Below, one piece after another: positions 36,937 to 48,093 of a DNA stretch of 64,000 bases; within the stretch, counting starts at the first letter, position 1, and the number at the start of each line of letters is the position of its first letter. The position numbers and the translations under genes are program-made. Source of the stretch: an uncultured Gammaproteobacteria bacterium (GTDB taxonomy: Bacteria; Pseudomonadota; Gammaproteobacteria; Arenicellales; Poriferihabitantaceae); assembly GCA_947259885.1 (NCBI GenBank), contig CAMYNW010000001.1, positions 148,216 to 212,215 of the forward strand, written 5' to 3'. The notes below the pieces were generated by a model. That model saw only the letters and a program-made list of their open reading frames with translations. It did no database searches and was not told the origin of the DNA.

Positions 36937-39366
36937 ATGAAAACACATGCGCAGGTGGTGGTGATTGGTGGTGGATTGGTCGGCTGCAGCATCCTTTATC
37001 ATCTCACCAAACTGGGATGGTCCGATGTGGTGTTGCTGGAACGTAACGAGCTGACTTCAGGTTCGACTTGGCATGCTGCAGCCAATACCCACGGTCTGCA
37101 CGATAACAATAATATTTCCAGACTGCAGTATTACACTATGAAGGTGTACGAGGAGTTGGAGGCAGAAACCGGGCAATCCTGTGGATTACACCATCCCGGA
37201 TCAATCTACCTGGCCTGCACCAATGACCGTGTGCATCAACTGCGCATTCAGGCCGCAAAGGCCCATGCATTCGACGCGGATTTTTACGAGATTTCTCTAG
37301 AGGAGGCAAAGGAGCTGCATCCTCTGCTTAATCTGGATAATGTCAAGTGTGCGATGTTCGAACCAATGGCGGGCCATGTAGATCCTTCTGGTGTCACCCA
37401 TGCCTATGCCAACGGTGCGCGCAAGAACGGTGCTGAGATACATCGATTTACCCCCGTAATTGAAACCACTCCCCGACCTGATGGGACCTGGAATGTGGTC
37501 ACAGAAAAAGGCACGGTGCACGCGCAGCATGTTGTAAATGCCGCGGGCCTATGGGGCAGGGAAGTGGGTCGTCTGGCTGGCCTCGAGCTTCCGCTTATGA
37601 CGATGGAGCATCAGTATTTCGTTACCGAGGAAATTCCCGAGATTGCAGCGCTTGACCGAGAGCTGCCCGCGGTGGCGGACCGAGACATGGAGTACTACCT
37701 GCGTCAGGAAGGTAAAGGCCTTCTGGTGGGCGCATATGAAAAAGATGGTCGATTCTGGGCCGAGGATGGCACACCGCTGGATTTCGGGCATGACCTCCTT
37801 CCAGAAGACCTCGATCGAATAACTGACAACGTTATGCGGGCCTGTGACCGAATCCCTGCGCTGGCCGAAGCCGGGGTTAAGCAGGTAATAAACGGCCCCA
37901 TGATATGGTCGCCGGACTCATCGGCCCTTCTCGGTCCTGCACGGGGGCTGAAGAATTACTGGTGCTGCAATGGCATCATACCCGGGTTTAGCCAGAGTGC
38001 CGGGCTTGGCTTGACCCTGGCTCAATGGATAGTGGAAGGTGAGCCGGAACTGGATATGTTCCCTTGGGATGTGACACGCTTCGGCGACTGGGCGACCAAG
38101 GACTATACGAAAGCCAGAGCCCTGGATACTTACAGCACTCGCTTCAGTATTCACTTTCCTAATGAAGAACGGGAGGCTGGTCGGCCTCTTGGTAAACGTC
38201 CTGTTTACGCTATGCAGCGGCAGATGGGGGCGGTGTTTGGGTTCTCATTTGGATATGAGCATCCGCACTGGTATGCGCCCGAAGGGGTTCCCCAGGAAGA
38301 CGAGTTTACCTTTGAGCGCCCACGTTGGTTCGATGTGATGGGCCAGGAAGCTCAAACCCTGCGTACTTCCGTTGGCGTAGTTGATACGTCGAACTTCGCC
38401 AAGTACTTAATTTCAGGGCCTAATGCGAGGGAGTGGCTGGACAAGATAATTGCTAACTATGTTCCAAAAGAGAATGGACGTACCTGCCTGACCCCATTGC
38501 TCGGGTTACGCGGTGGCCTTGCGGGGGATTTTACCGTCGCCCGCCTTGAGGACAATAAATTGTTCATGATTGGGTCGGGTATCGCCGAGGATTACCACCG
38601 AAGGTTATTTGATCAATATTTACCCACCGAGGGTGTAAGTTTTGAATCGCGGACCCAGGCCATGTGCGGCTTTAATGTTGCAGGTCCCAATGCGCGTAAG
38701 CTGATGGAGAGCATGACCGCTATGCCGTGGGGAAATGAAGACCTTCGGTTTATGTGTAATCGTGTAATCAACTTCGATGGCTACGATGTGATTGTTATCC
38801 GGGTATCGTTTACTGGTGATCTTGGGTACGAGATGTACGTAGCCGAAGAAAATCAATTACAACTTTACCAATCCATTTTTGAACATGGCAATAATCTGGG
38901 TATCCGACCTGTGGGATCGCGTGCCCTTGGCTCCATGCGTATTGAAAAAGGCTACGGTAGCTGGAGTCGCGAGTATTCGCCCGAATGGTATCCCACCGAG
39001 TCACGAATGGATTTTCTGGTTAAGACCGACAAGCCGGAATTCCATGGCCGTGAAGCCTATATGAAGATCAAAGATCAACCTCCCCGTCAGCTAATGTGTA
39101 ATTTCCAGATTGATACTAAACCAGGTAAAGATGGCGCGGATGCGTGGGGCGGAGAAGCCATATTCCGTGGTGGCAAATACGTGGGTCGCATCACATCAGG
39201 ATCTTATAGCTTTACGTTTAATACCTCGGTTGCAATTGGCTACGTCGATGCTGACCAGGCAGACCCGGGAGAGGATTTTGAAGTCGCTGTACTAGGTATC
39301 CCTACTAAGGCCAGATTGCTCGAAAAGCCATTGTTCGATCCGAATGGAGAAAAACTAAGAGCCTAA
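36937..39366 (+). CDS. FAD-dependent oxidoreductase fused to a GcvT-like folate-binding domain (dimethylglycine/sarcosine dehydrogenase family)
   Basis: 809 aa with the N-terminal VVVIGGGLVGCSILYHL FAD motif and a C-terminal aminomethyltransferase-like half (VSFTGDLGYEMYV, MRIEKGY). Confidence 0.88.
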   Translation: MKTHAQVVVIGGGLVGCSILYHLTKLGWSDVVLLERNELTSGSTWHAAANTHGLHDNNNISRLQYYTMKVYEELEAETGQSCGLHHPGSIYLACTNDRVHQLRIQAAKAHAFDADFYEISLEEAKELHPLLNLDNVKCAMFEPMAGHVDPSGVTHAYANGARKNGAEIHRFTPVIETTPRPDGTWNVVTEKGTVHAQHVVNAAGLWGREVGRLAGLELPLMTMEHQYFVTEEIPEIAALDRELPAVADRDMEYYLRQEGKGLLVGAYEKDGRFWAEDGTPLDFGHDLLPEDLDRITDNVMRACDRIPALAEAGVKQVINGPMIWSPDSSALLGPARGLKNYWCCNGIIPGFSQSAGLGLTLAQWIVEGEPELDMFPWDVTRFGDWATKDYTKARALDTYSTRFSIHFPNEEREAGRPLGKRPVYAMQRQMGAVFGFSFGYEHPHWYAPEGVPQEDEFTFERPRWFDVMGQEAQTLRTSVGVVDTSNFAKYLISGPNAREWLDKIIANYVPKENGRTCLTPLLGLRGGLAGDFTVARLEDNKLFMIGSGIAEDYHRRLFDQYLPTEGVSFESRTQAMCGFNVAGPNARKLMESMTAMPWGNEDLRFMCNRVINFDGYDVIVIRVSFTGDLGYEMYVAEENQLQLYQSIFEHGNNLGIRPVGSRALGSMRIEKGYGSWSREYSPEWYPTESRMDFLVKTDKPEFHGREAYMKIKDQPPRQLMCNFQIDTKPGKDGADAWGGEAIFRGGKYVGRITSGSYSFTFNTSVAIGYVDADQADPGEDFEVAVLGIPTKARLLEKPLFDPNGEKLRA

Positions 39367-39547
39367 AACGTATAGCTTGACTGCGGGAGGCCAACACATC
39401 AAGTAAAAAAGAGAGTTCCGTTAGGTCGGAGCCAAATAGGTGCAAGCGGAGCCAGTCTGTCAGAAATGCAGACCAAATCTAACGCAGACTAAATCTAAAT
39501 TGAGCCGCATGAACAAAAGTAAACCCAATTTATTTGTATACAAAATC

Positions 39548-40000
39548 CTATCGTTGAATATGGCACCCCTGGCACTGCCCCACGAGACGCCCTGCAGGAT
39601 AATAATCGGGTGGGTCCGCCTGCGCTGCCCTGCGCGCCATTGAAAGCTGGTCGCGAAAATTTTCCATATGTTGAGCTATGACAGGGTGGTTAGATTGATT
39701 CCCACCTGTGTTGAGAGACCGGGAAATGTCTTCTATGTTTGTGAGTTCAGCATTCACATCTTCTTTTTTGGTTGATGATTGGTATTCTGTGTCTGAAAGC
39801 AATCTGTCTAACTTACCGATGCTGATTGCCATTTTCTGCATCGACGTCCTGACCTCCTGTTTTTCCAGATAAACGAAATCAGGGGGGTAGGTGGCTTTAC
39901 GAATCTGGGCGCAGCCTCCGAGCATTGCCGAAGCGAGCAGTACTGCGATCAAACTCAGAGGCAAATGCAGAGTCTTTTCTGCAAGTTTGGACTTAATCAC
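39548..40000 (-). CDS. Lipoprotein with a C-terminal CxxCH haem-binding motif (possible class II, cytochrome c'/c-556-like)
   Basis: 150 aa with lipobox LGGC, a predicted helical body, and a single CQGCH five residues from the C-terminus. That placement is typical of four-helix-bundle class II c-type cytochromes. Confidence 0.55.
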   Translation of the reverse strand: MIKSKLAEKTLHLPLSLIAVLLASAMLGGCAQIRKATYPPDFVYLEKQEVRTSMQKMAISIGKLDRLLSDTEYQSSTKKEDVNAELTNIEDISRSLNTGGNQSNHPVIAQHMENFRDQLSMARRAAQADPPDYYPAGRLVGQCQGCHIQR

Positions 40001-40368
40001 GTTATGCTTTCTAAATGGCTGTAAATTCTATTCTACGCTATCAACTCAGAACTCAAGTGGGTTGATTTCGATCAAGTCAGTATACAGATGTCGGTCTATT
40101 AAATCGTTCAAACTTTTAACACGCATAATTAATTTAGCTGCTTCGCGAATAGTGTAATAAAAAATTTATCGACTAATAATTGCCCGCAATCAATGTCGAA
40201 AGTCTACACCTATCTAAAGCGTTAGCGAAAACTTCGGCACCACCCGGTTGCCAAACGGGGCGATGGTCGGAACGAGCGAGATGGAAGCTGTATACGGCAC
40301 ATCCTGTGGTCAGCCAGATGGAGGCTGGAAAGCGCACATTTATAGTTGCGGTATTTCGTATGCAAGAA

Positions 40369-40395
40369 CCGACATGACTCTTTATGTCATGTCGG
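40369..40395 (-). terminator. Hairpin downstream of the TRAP permease gene
   Basis: A perfect 10-bp stem (CCGACATGAC/GTCATGTCGG) with a 7-nt loop lies 36 nt after the permease stop. On the minus strand it is followed by TTCTTGC, a weak U-tract. Confidence 0.55.
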
Positions 40396-40430
40396 CTGAA
40401 CTAATCTGACCAACCACCTACCGACTTGAG

Positions 40431-43064
40431 CTAGGCTGGTGCAATAGATTTTTCTCTGCGCCTGCGCTGCACCCAGAATATCAATCCTAACAACAGCGCG
40501 GCCGGGATATAGAATACCTCCTTGAGCACGCGATCTTTCTCGCTTCGGATTACACCCACCTCCACCGGTTGGTCACCATAATAATCGAACGACTTTCCAA
40601 TTGACTCGAAAAATGGGGTGCCCGGAAAAGGTTCCTCAATCAGGGCCCTGTCGTTTTCCATAACGATGTTAAGACCGGCAGTCTGCAACCGATCCGGAGC
40701 TTCTGCTTCATCACCGACAGGAACAAGAATAGTGGTACTGGTGATATCCCCGCTGTCAAAATCCGGCCCCTTGACCGTCATGGTGATCACACTGCCAGGC
40801 ACCGCGTCGCCTACGACCTCATAGATCATCGAAGGTGACAGATCTTCAAATGGTGGATCGACCCGATCGAGCCAGAATCCGGGTCGGAATAGGGTAAATG
40901 CCACTAGTAACAATGCGACCGATTCCCATATCCGATTGCGTATAACCAGCCAGCCCTGAGTGGCGGAGGCGAATAACATCATCGCAATGACAGCCACCAC
41001 AAATACGAAAATAGCCTTACCTGGAGACACATCGATCAGCAGCAGTTCAGTATTAAATATAAAAAGGAAGGGCAGCAGCGCGGTTCGAATATCGTAAGCA
41101 AAACCCTGTAGGCCTGTCTTGATTGGGTCTCCCCCGGAAATCGCGGCCGCCGCGAATGCCGCCAGACCCACAGGCGGCGTGTCGTCAGCCAGTATTCCGA
41201 AGTAGAACACGAACAGGTGAACCGCGATCAAAGGCACGATCAGGCCGCTGGCAGCTCCAAGAGTTATAATCACCGGTGCCATCAGTGATGACACTACGAT
41301 GTAATTTGCCGTGGTGGGCAGCCCCATACCGAGGATCAGACTCATCACCGCAACCAGGATGAGCATTAGAATCAGGCTGCCTCCAGACAGAAATTCGACA
41401 AATTCTCCAACGACCTGGTGGGCCCCCGTAAGGGAAATGGTGCCAACGATAATCCCCGCCGCACCGGTGGCGACACCAATCCCAATCATGTTTCGTGAAC
41501 CGGAAATCATGCCATTCACCCATTCTCCAACACCGCGCCTGAAGGCCGCGCCCAGATGGCCGCTGCCGCGAAACATCGCTTTAATCGGGTGCTGCGTTAG
41601 CGCTACCGTAATCATGGCAATGGTGGCCCAAAAGGCGGAAAGTCCGGGTGAGAGTCTTTCTACGATGATGCACCAGATCAAGATAACGATTGGCAGAATG
41701 TAATACAGCCCGGTAATGGCGGTGGCGCCAGCCCTGGGCAATTCCGTTATTGGAGCATCGGGTGCATCTACAACCAGGTCAGGATGACGTGACGCAAGCC
41801 ACAGCAGTATCAGGTAAAAGATCGAACAGCCAATAACCACAATGGTGAATGCCATATCCGGAGCGGCTGTTTTGATCCACCCCATCCCGTAATAGACGAT
41901 CAGTCCCAGTATCGCGATACCGATAAACCCACCAAGAAACCCGATAATCTTGGTAGCAAATGTAAGTGTAGAGGGGGGCTTCTTTAGCCCTTTAAGATCC
42001 ATTTTCATGGCCTCAAGATGCACGATATATACCAATGCAATATAGGACACCAGTGCAGGTACCAGGGCATGTTTGATGATCTCAGTATAGGCAATACCGG
42101 TAAACTCAGAAATGAGGAAGGCGGCGGCGCCCATTACGGGGGGGGTGAGCTGGCCGTTGGTAGAGGACGCCACCTCTACTGCGCCTGCTTTCTCCGCCGA
42201 AAATCCGGTACGTTTCATCAACGGAATCGTGAAGGTGCCGGTTGTCACCGTATTGGCAATTGACGACCCGGAATAAAGTCCGCTCAGTGCCGAAGCTACT
42301 ACTGCAGCCTTTGCAGGGCCACCGCGAAAATGGCCTAGCAGCGCAAATGCAATCTTGATGAAAAAATTTCCCGCACCGGCCTTTTCCAGAATTGATCCAA
42401 AGAGTACGAACAGAAAAATTAAAGAAGCCGAGACACCCAGGGCGACGCCGAAGACCCCTTCGCTTTGCATCCAGTAATGCCACATGGCCTTGCCGTAAGA
42501 TGCCCCCTTCCAGCGGATGGCATCGGGCAGGTTTTCCGAATGACCGAAAAACACATAGAGTACAAATACGGACGCAACGATTACCAGTGGTAAACCAAGA
42601 GCGCGATAGACGGTTATCCCCAAAACCAGCATACCAATTGTGGATACGACCAGATCACCACCAGTTGGCAATCCCGCACGAACCGCTATTTCGTTGCGCA
42701 AAACCACGATATATAGACACGACATAATTCCAAGTGCCGCCAGAAGCCAGTCGTACCAGGGAATCGTGTCGCGAGGACTCGATTTGAAAAGCGGGAAAGC
42801 CATCGCGGCGAGAAACAGGGCAAACGCAAGGTGAATCAGACGCGCATTAGAGTTGGTAACCACCAGACTGATGCCGGTCATATCGGTGAGTGTAAATGGC
42901 AGATTGGAAGCGATATAGAGCTGAAACAATGCCCAGATAAAAGCCACACCTGGTATCAGGTTGCGCATCCACCCTTGCGGATTGCGAGCGCCGGTATCGA
43001 CTGATGCGACAAGATCGTCCGCAGTTACGCCGGTCTTGGCGTTAGTTTTTGAATTGCCTGCCAT
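40431..43064 (-). CDS. TRAP transporter fused permease (TAXI-associated 4TM/12TM fusion) with a C-terminal extra domain
   Basis: 877 aa and highly polytopic. It lies adjacent to a TAXI receptor. The roughly 150-aa soluble-looking segment before the last TM resembles the DUF3394-type extension seen in this permease class. Confidence 0.9.
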   Translation of the reverse strand: MAGNSKTNAKTGVTADDLVASVDTGARNPQGWMRNLIPGVAFIWALFQLYIASNLPFTLTDMTGISLVVTNSNARLIHLAFALFLAAMAFPLFKSSPRDTIPWYDWLLAALGIMSCLYIVVLRNEIAVRAGLPTGGDLVVSTIGMLVLGITVYRALGLPLVIVASVFVLYVFFGHSENLPDAIRWKGASYGKAMWHYWMQSEGVFGVALGVSASLIFLFVLFGSILEKAGAGNFFIKIAFALLGHFRGGPAKAAVVASALSGLYSGSSIANTVTTGTFTIPLMKRTGFSAEKAGAVEVASSTNGQLTPPVMGAAAFLISEFTGIAYTEIIKHALVPALVSYIALVYIVHLEAMKMDLKGLKKPPSTLTFATKIIGFLGGFIGIAILGLIVYYGMGWIKTAAPDMAFTIVVIGCSIFYLILLWLASRHPDLVVDAPDAPITELPRAGATAITGLYYILPIVILIWCIIVERLSPGLSAFWATIAMITVALTQHPIKAMFRGSGHLGAAFRRGVGEWVNGMISGSRNMIGIGVATGAAGIIVGTISLTGAHQVVGEFVEFLSGGSLILMLILVAVMSLILGMGLPTTANYIVVSSLMAPVIITLGAASGLIVPLIAVHLFVFYFGILADDTPPVGLAAFAAAAISGGDPIKTGLQGFAYDIRTALLPFLFIFNTELLLIDVSPGKAIFVFVVAVIAMMLFASATQGWLVIRNRIWESVALLLVAFTLFRPGFWLDRVDPPFEDLSPSMIYEVVGDAVPGSVITMTVKGPDFDSGDITSTTILVPVGDEAEAPDRLQTAGLNIVMENDRALIEEPFPGTPFFESIGKSFDYYGDQPVEVGVIRSEKDRVLKEVFYIPAALLLGLIFWVQRRRREKSIAPA

Positions 43065-43190
43065 AGTATCTTCCCGCGTCGTTTTTATAAGAATTTAAGT
43101 AAATTGGAAACTGACTAGCTTCAGACCGCCTGCGAGGAGCTTATCCGATCGCGCAGGCGTTGAAATATAAAGAGTAGGGTCGTTGGGCCC

Positions 43191-43217
43191 AAAAAAAGGG
43201 CGGCCTGTGGCCGCCCT
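43191..43217 (-). terminator. Rho-independent terminator/attenuator between the TAXI receptor and permease genes
   Basis: On the minus strand, AGGGCGGCC-ACA-GGCCGCCCT is followed by a run of seven T. It lies 14 nt after the receptor stop codon. Confidence 0.8.
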
Positions 43218-43230
43218 TGTTGTGGGCTGT

Positions 43231-44205
43231 TTACATCCAGCCGCGCTCTTTGTAGTACTTTATCGCGCCATCATGCAGCGGCGCAGAGATGGCATCTGTG
43301 ATCATCTCCTTTTCGGTAAGGTTTGCAAACGCCGGATGTAGTTTTTTAAACTGATCAAAATTATCGAATACTGCCTTTACCACCACATACACCGCATCAT
43401 CCGATACATCGGCGCTGGTGACAAACGTTGCGCCAACACCGAAAGTCTGCACATCGGCATCATTGTTATACATTCCGGCGGGGATCACAGCTTTACGATA
43501 ATAAGGATTATCCGCAACCAGTTTGTCGATCTCGGGACCCTCCACGCTCACAAGATGTGCTGCGCAGGTTGCCAGAGACTCCTGGGTGAGTGCGGATGGA
43601 TGCCCCACGAGCCAGAAATAGGCGTCGATCTTGCCGTCACATACAGCTTGCCCGGTTTCAGCGGATTTCATCTCCGCTGCTAATTTGAGATCGCTGCGCT
43701 GCCAGCCCAGGGCCGCCTCAATAACATCCCATGTGCCACGGGTGCCGGAGCCCGCGTTGCCTATGTTCAAGCGCTTGCCCTTGGCGTCGGTGAGTGTGTT
43801 GATTCCCGAATCATCGCTGGCAATGACCGTGACCGGCTCAGGGTGCACGGAAAACACCGCGCGCAGGTTTTCGAACGGCCCCTGGTCCTCGAATTTAGAG
43901 GTGCCGTTATAGGCGTGATACTGCCAGTCGGACTGCGCGACTCCAAACTCGAGCTCGCCAGCACGTATGGTGTTGATATTGTATATTGAACCACCGGTCG
44001 ATTCCGCCGAACATCGAATCCCATGTTCCTTGCGGTCTTTGTTTACCAGCCGGCAAATGGCGCCTCCGGTTGGATAGTAAACACCCGTGACACCACCGGT
44101 GCCAATAGAAATGAATTCCTGATCTTGTGCTTGAACGGCTCCGGCGGTCATACCTGCTAGCGCAAAACTGGCGGCAATTACGGAACCGAGAAGTGATTTT
44201 TTCAT
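43231..44205 (-). CDS. TAXI-family TRAP transporter solute-binding protein
   Basis: 324 aa with a signal peptide. TAXI hallmarks are present: ISIGTGGVTGVYYPTGGAIC, NINTIRAGELEFGVAQSD, and GAIKYYKERGW at the C-terminus. Confidence 0.9.
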   Translation of the reverse strand: MKKSLLGSVIAASFALAGMTAGAVQAQDQEFISIGTGGVTGVYYPTGGAICRLVNKDRKEHGIRCSAESTGGSIYNINTIRAGELEFGVAQSDWQYHAYNGTSKFEDQGPFENLRAVFSVHPEPVTVIASDDSGINTLTDAKGKRLNIGNAGSGTRGTWDVIEAALGWQRSDLKLAAEMKSAETGQAVCDGKIDAYFWLVGHPSALTQESLATCAAHLVSVEGPEIDKLVADNPYYRKAVIPAGMYNNDADVQTFGVGATFVTSADVSDDAVYVVVKAVFDNFDQFKKLHPAFANLTEKEMITDAISAPLHDGAIKYYKERGWM

Positions 44206-44495
44206 GTTGTAATCTCTTTGTTGTGGTGTATTAGAAATGACTCACGGCAAAATATAGGGTAAGTCATCAACATAACTAAAACAAATCGCGCTCCAGAGAT
44301 TTTGAACAAGATTAACCTGACTCTCGTAGCGCTTCAGTTTTTGTTTGTGGCAGCAAGTAGATAACAAACTATGGTGAAATGTCAAAGAGATCGGGGAGGT
44401 AGAATATATTTTGCGTAATTTCAGAGACTTATATTAGCTATATAAATAGGATTTTAGAAAAATTACATCTCAGTGTTATTGAATACGCAAGAATT

Positions 44496-45485
44496 TTAGG
44501 TTTGCAGAACGACTTTGGGCGCCGCACATTTACCCTCAAGTAGTTCTCGAAACGCCGCTGCGCCGTCCGCGAGAGGTCGTTGCTCCAACCAGCTGAGTCC
44601 TCCCAACGCTCCGCTATACAGCTTGTCTAGGGTGACACGCATGTCGACCGGTGAGTATGTGTAACATCCGATAAAGGTGATTTCCTGTAAAGTCAGGCGT
44701 CTGATGTCCATTCCCCCCTTATTGTCCATGAGCCCGATATGGACGATCACGCCACCTGGTTTTACCGAATTTACCGCCATAGCTCGTGTCGATTCACCCC
44801 CAACGGCGTCAAGAATAATATCGAAATCCGATTCCCTTGGTGGTATTGAAATCGGATCAAAAGCTTCTAGCGAAGTATGCTGGCGCACGCTGTTGAGTCG
44901 CAGCTCATTAGTTTCAGCGATCTTCAAGTTCTCAACTCCTTTGTCCTTCAGAATAAGCGCAGTTAAAAGCCCTACAGATCCTGCACCAATGACCAAAGCC
45001 CGACATTCGCTGATGGGCCGGTGCAGCGTTCGCTCTCCAAGCAATACCGCGTGCAAAGCAGTTGCGCCAGGTTCGGTCAGTGCAGCTTGAGCGCTATTCA
45101 TATCTTCCGGTACAGGAATTAGATTTCTTTCAGGGATCGCAATACGCTCGGCAAAAGCGCCAGCGCGATACATGCCAATTAGATCTCGCTGCGCACAAAG
45201 ATTTTGTCGGCCATCTAGACATTCGTCACATTCCCCACAGGTGATCAATGGATTGAGTACGACTTTACGACCGGGCTCCGATCCCTCAACTACCGTACCC
45301 ACCGCTTCGTGACCCAGTATCAGTGGCGGTACACGCCGGGAATCGTGGCCAAGGTAAGCATGCATGTCGGAGCCGCAAATTCCGACAGATTCAATTGCAA
45401 CCAAGGCGTCATCGGGTTCGGATACAGGTGCGGGCTCTTCCCGATAAGTCATTTCCTTATTTGCTGTATATACGAGTGCCTTCAT
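44496..45485 (-). CDS. Zinc-dependent medium-chain alcohol dehydrogenase (MDR family); HpsP-like by family and context
   Basis: 329 aa with GICGSDMH, GHE, the structural-zinc CGECDECLDGRQNLC, and a GAGSVG Rossmann motif. Confidence 0.9.
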   Translation of the reverse strand: MKALVYTANKEMTYREEPAPVSEPDDALVAIESVGICGSDMHAYLGHDSRRVPPLILGHEAVGTVVEGSEPGRKVVLNPLITCGECDECLDGRQNLCAQRDLIGMYRAGAFAERIAIPERNLIPVPEDMNSAQAALTEPGATALHAVLLGERTLHRPISECRALVIGAGSVGLLTALILKDKGVENLKIAETNELRLNSVRQHTSLEAFDPISIPPRESDFDIILDAVGGESTRAMAVNSVKPGGVIVHIGLMDNKGGMDIRRLTLQEITFIGCYTYSPVDMRVTLDKLYSGALGGLSWLEQRPLADGAAAFRELLEGKCAAPKVVLQT

Positions 45486-45563
45486 AGGATTATTCCAATT
45501 CTTTGGTTTCTGGATTCGTTCACCAATACGGATGAGCTGTCGCAGGAGAACATCTAAGATAGG

Positions 45564-46337
45564 TTATTTAGCGGTAAATCCACCGTCTACGTAGAGCGTT
45601 TGCCCAGTAATAAAAGACGATGCCGGTGAGGCAAACAAAACCGTAGCGCCGAATAAGTCGTCAAGCTCACCATTACGTCCAATAGTGGTCTGGTTTGCGG
45701 CCCAGTCGCGGGTATCCGAATCGGAAAATACAGGTCCGGTGAGTTCGGTCGGAAAAAATCCCGGTGCAATAGCGTTACAGGTGATGCCATATTTTGACCA
45801 GGCTTCTGACATCGCTCGAGTGAGCTGGCAGATTCCTGCTTTGGACGCTCCGTAGGGCAATCCGTTGGGAAATGCGCGAGCAGACTGCAACGAGGCGATG
45901 TTGATAATTCGACCGTAACCTCGAGCGCGCATACCCTCGGCGAAACATCTGGAGAAGAAGAATGGCGTCGCCAGGTTTATATTCAGGGTTTTATCCCAGG
46001 TCTCAAGAGATACCTGATCCGGCGGCTGGCGCAGATTGATCCCAGCTGCATTGATTATGCCGTCAACTGAGCCAAAAGCTTCAGTGCATTCAGCCGCGAC
46101 TCGTTCCAGATTCCCTCGGTCTTGCAGATCTGCGATAACGTAGCGGCACTGGCTCAATTTTTCAATTTCACTGCACGCCGATTCAAGTTCTTGTTTGCGG
46201 CGCGCAACCAGCACCACATTAGCGCCGGCTTCGGCAAGGAATCCAGCCATAGCCCGCCCGATTCCGGAACTTGCACCTGTGACCACAAAAGTCTTGTCGG
46301 CTAAACCGAACTTTTGCTCCAGTAACTTAGCTTTCAT
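45564..46337 (-). CDS. Short-chain dehydrogenase/reductase (SDR); HpsO-like by family and context
   Basis: 257 aa with TGASSGIGRA, NAAG, and the catalytic YGASKAG (YxxxK). Confidence 0.9.
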   Translation of the reverse strand: MKAKLLEQKFGLADKTFVVTGASSGIGRAMAGFLAEAGANVVLVARRKQELESACSEIEKLSQCRYVIADLQDRGNLERVAAECTEAFGSVDGIINAAGINLRQPPDQVSLETWDKTLNINLATPFFFSRCFAEGMRARGYGRIINIASLQSARAFPNGLPYGASKAGICQLTRAMSEAWSKYGITCNAIAPGFFPTELTGPVFSDSDTRDWAANQTTIGRNGELDDLFGATVLFASPASSFITGQTLYVDGGFTAK

Positions 46338-46355
46338 ACTTGCTGGTTGGCCTAA

Positions 46356-47714
<1,359 letters not shown>

Positions 47715-48093
47715 TCAGGGAGTTAATTGACGGACCTTCCTGTGCAGGTTTGGTAGTGGTCCAAATGCGTCCAGACCGGACAAGGAGTATGGTACGTGCG
47801 AACATTGAATAGCAACAAAAATATCCAGACCAGGAAGTTTCAAATGACACATAAAATGAAACTCCTTATCCCATTCTGTCAGAAAATCCCTGTTCCCGCA
47901 ATTTATAGAAATCTGGCTGGGATTTTGGCCTGGGAAGAGATCTTGGTCCGCCTGCTTCCGTCCTAAAGTACGTCGCGCTTGATGCGCGTTTTGCTTGGGG
48001 CTGGACTTGAGAATCTGAGAATAATTGCGGTTTCAGCGCTGAGACTGTGACTTTCTTCAGGGTAACGGAGGTAAGGTGAGGGTGGTCGCGATA

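Noticed and set aside
39468-39498. Short tandem repeat GCAGACCAAATCTAA / GCAGACTAAATCTAA (period 16) downstream of the DMGDH-like gene
   Set aside because: There are only two copies in a convergent intergenic spacer. That is too little to infer function, so it is noted only.
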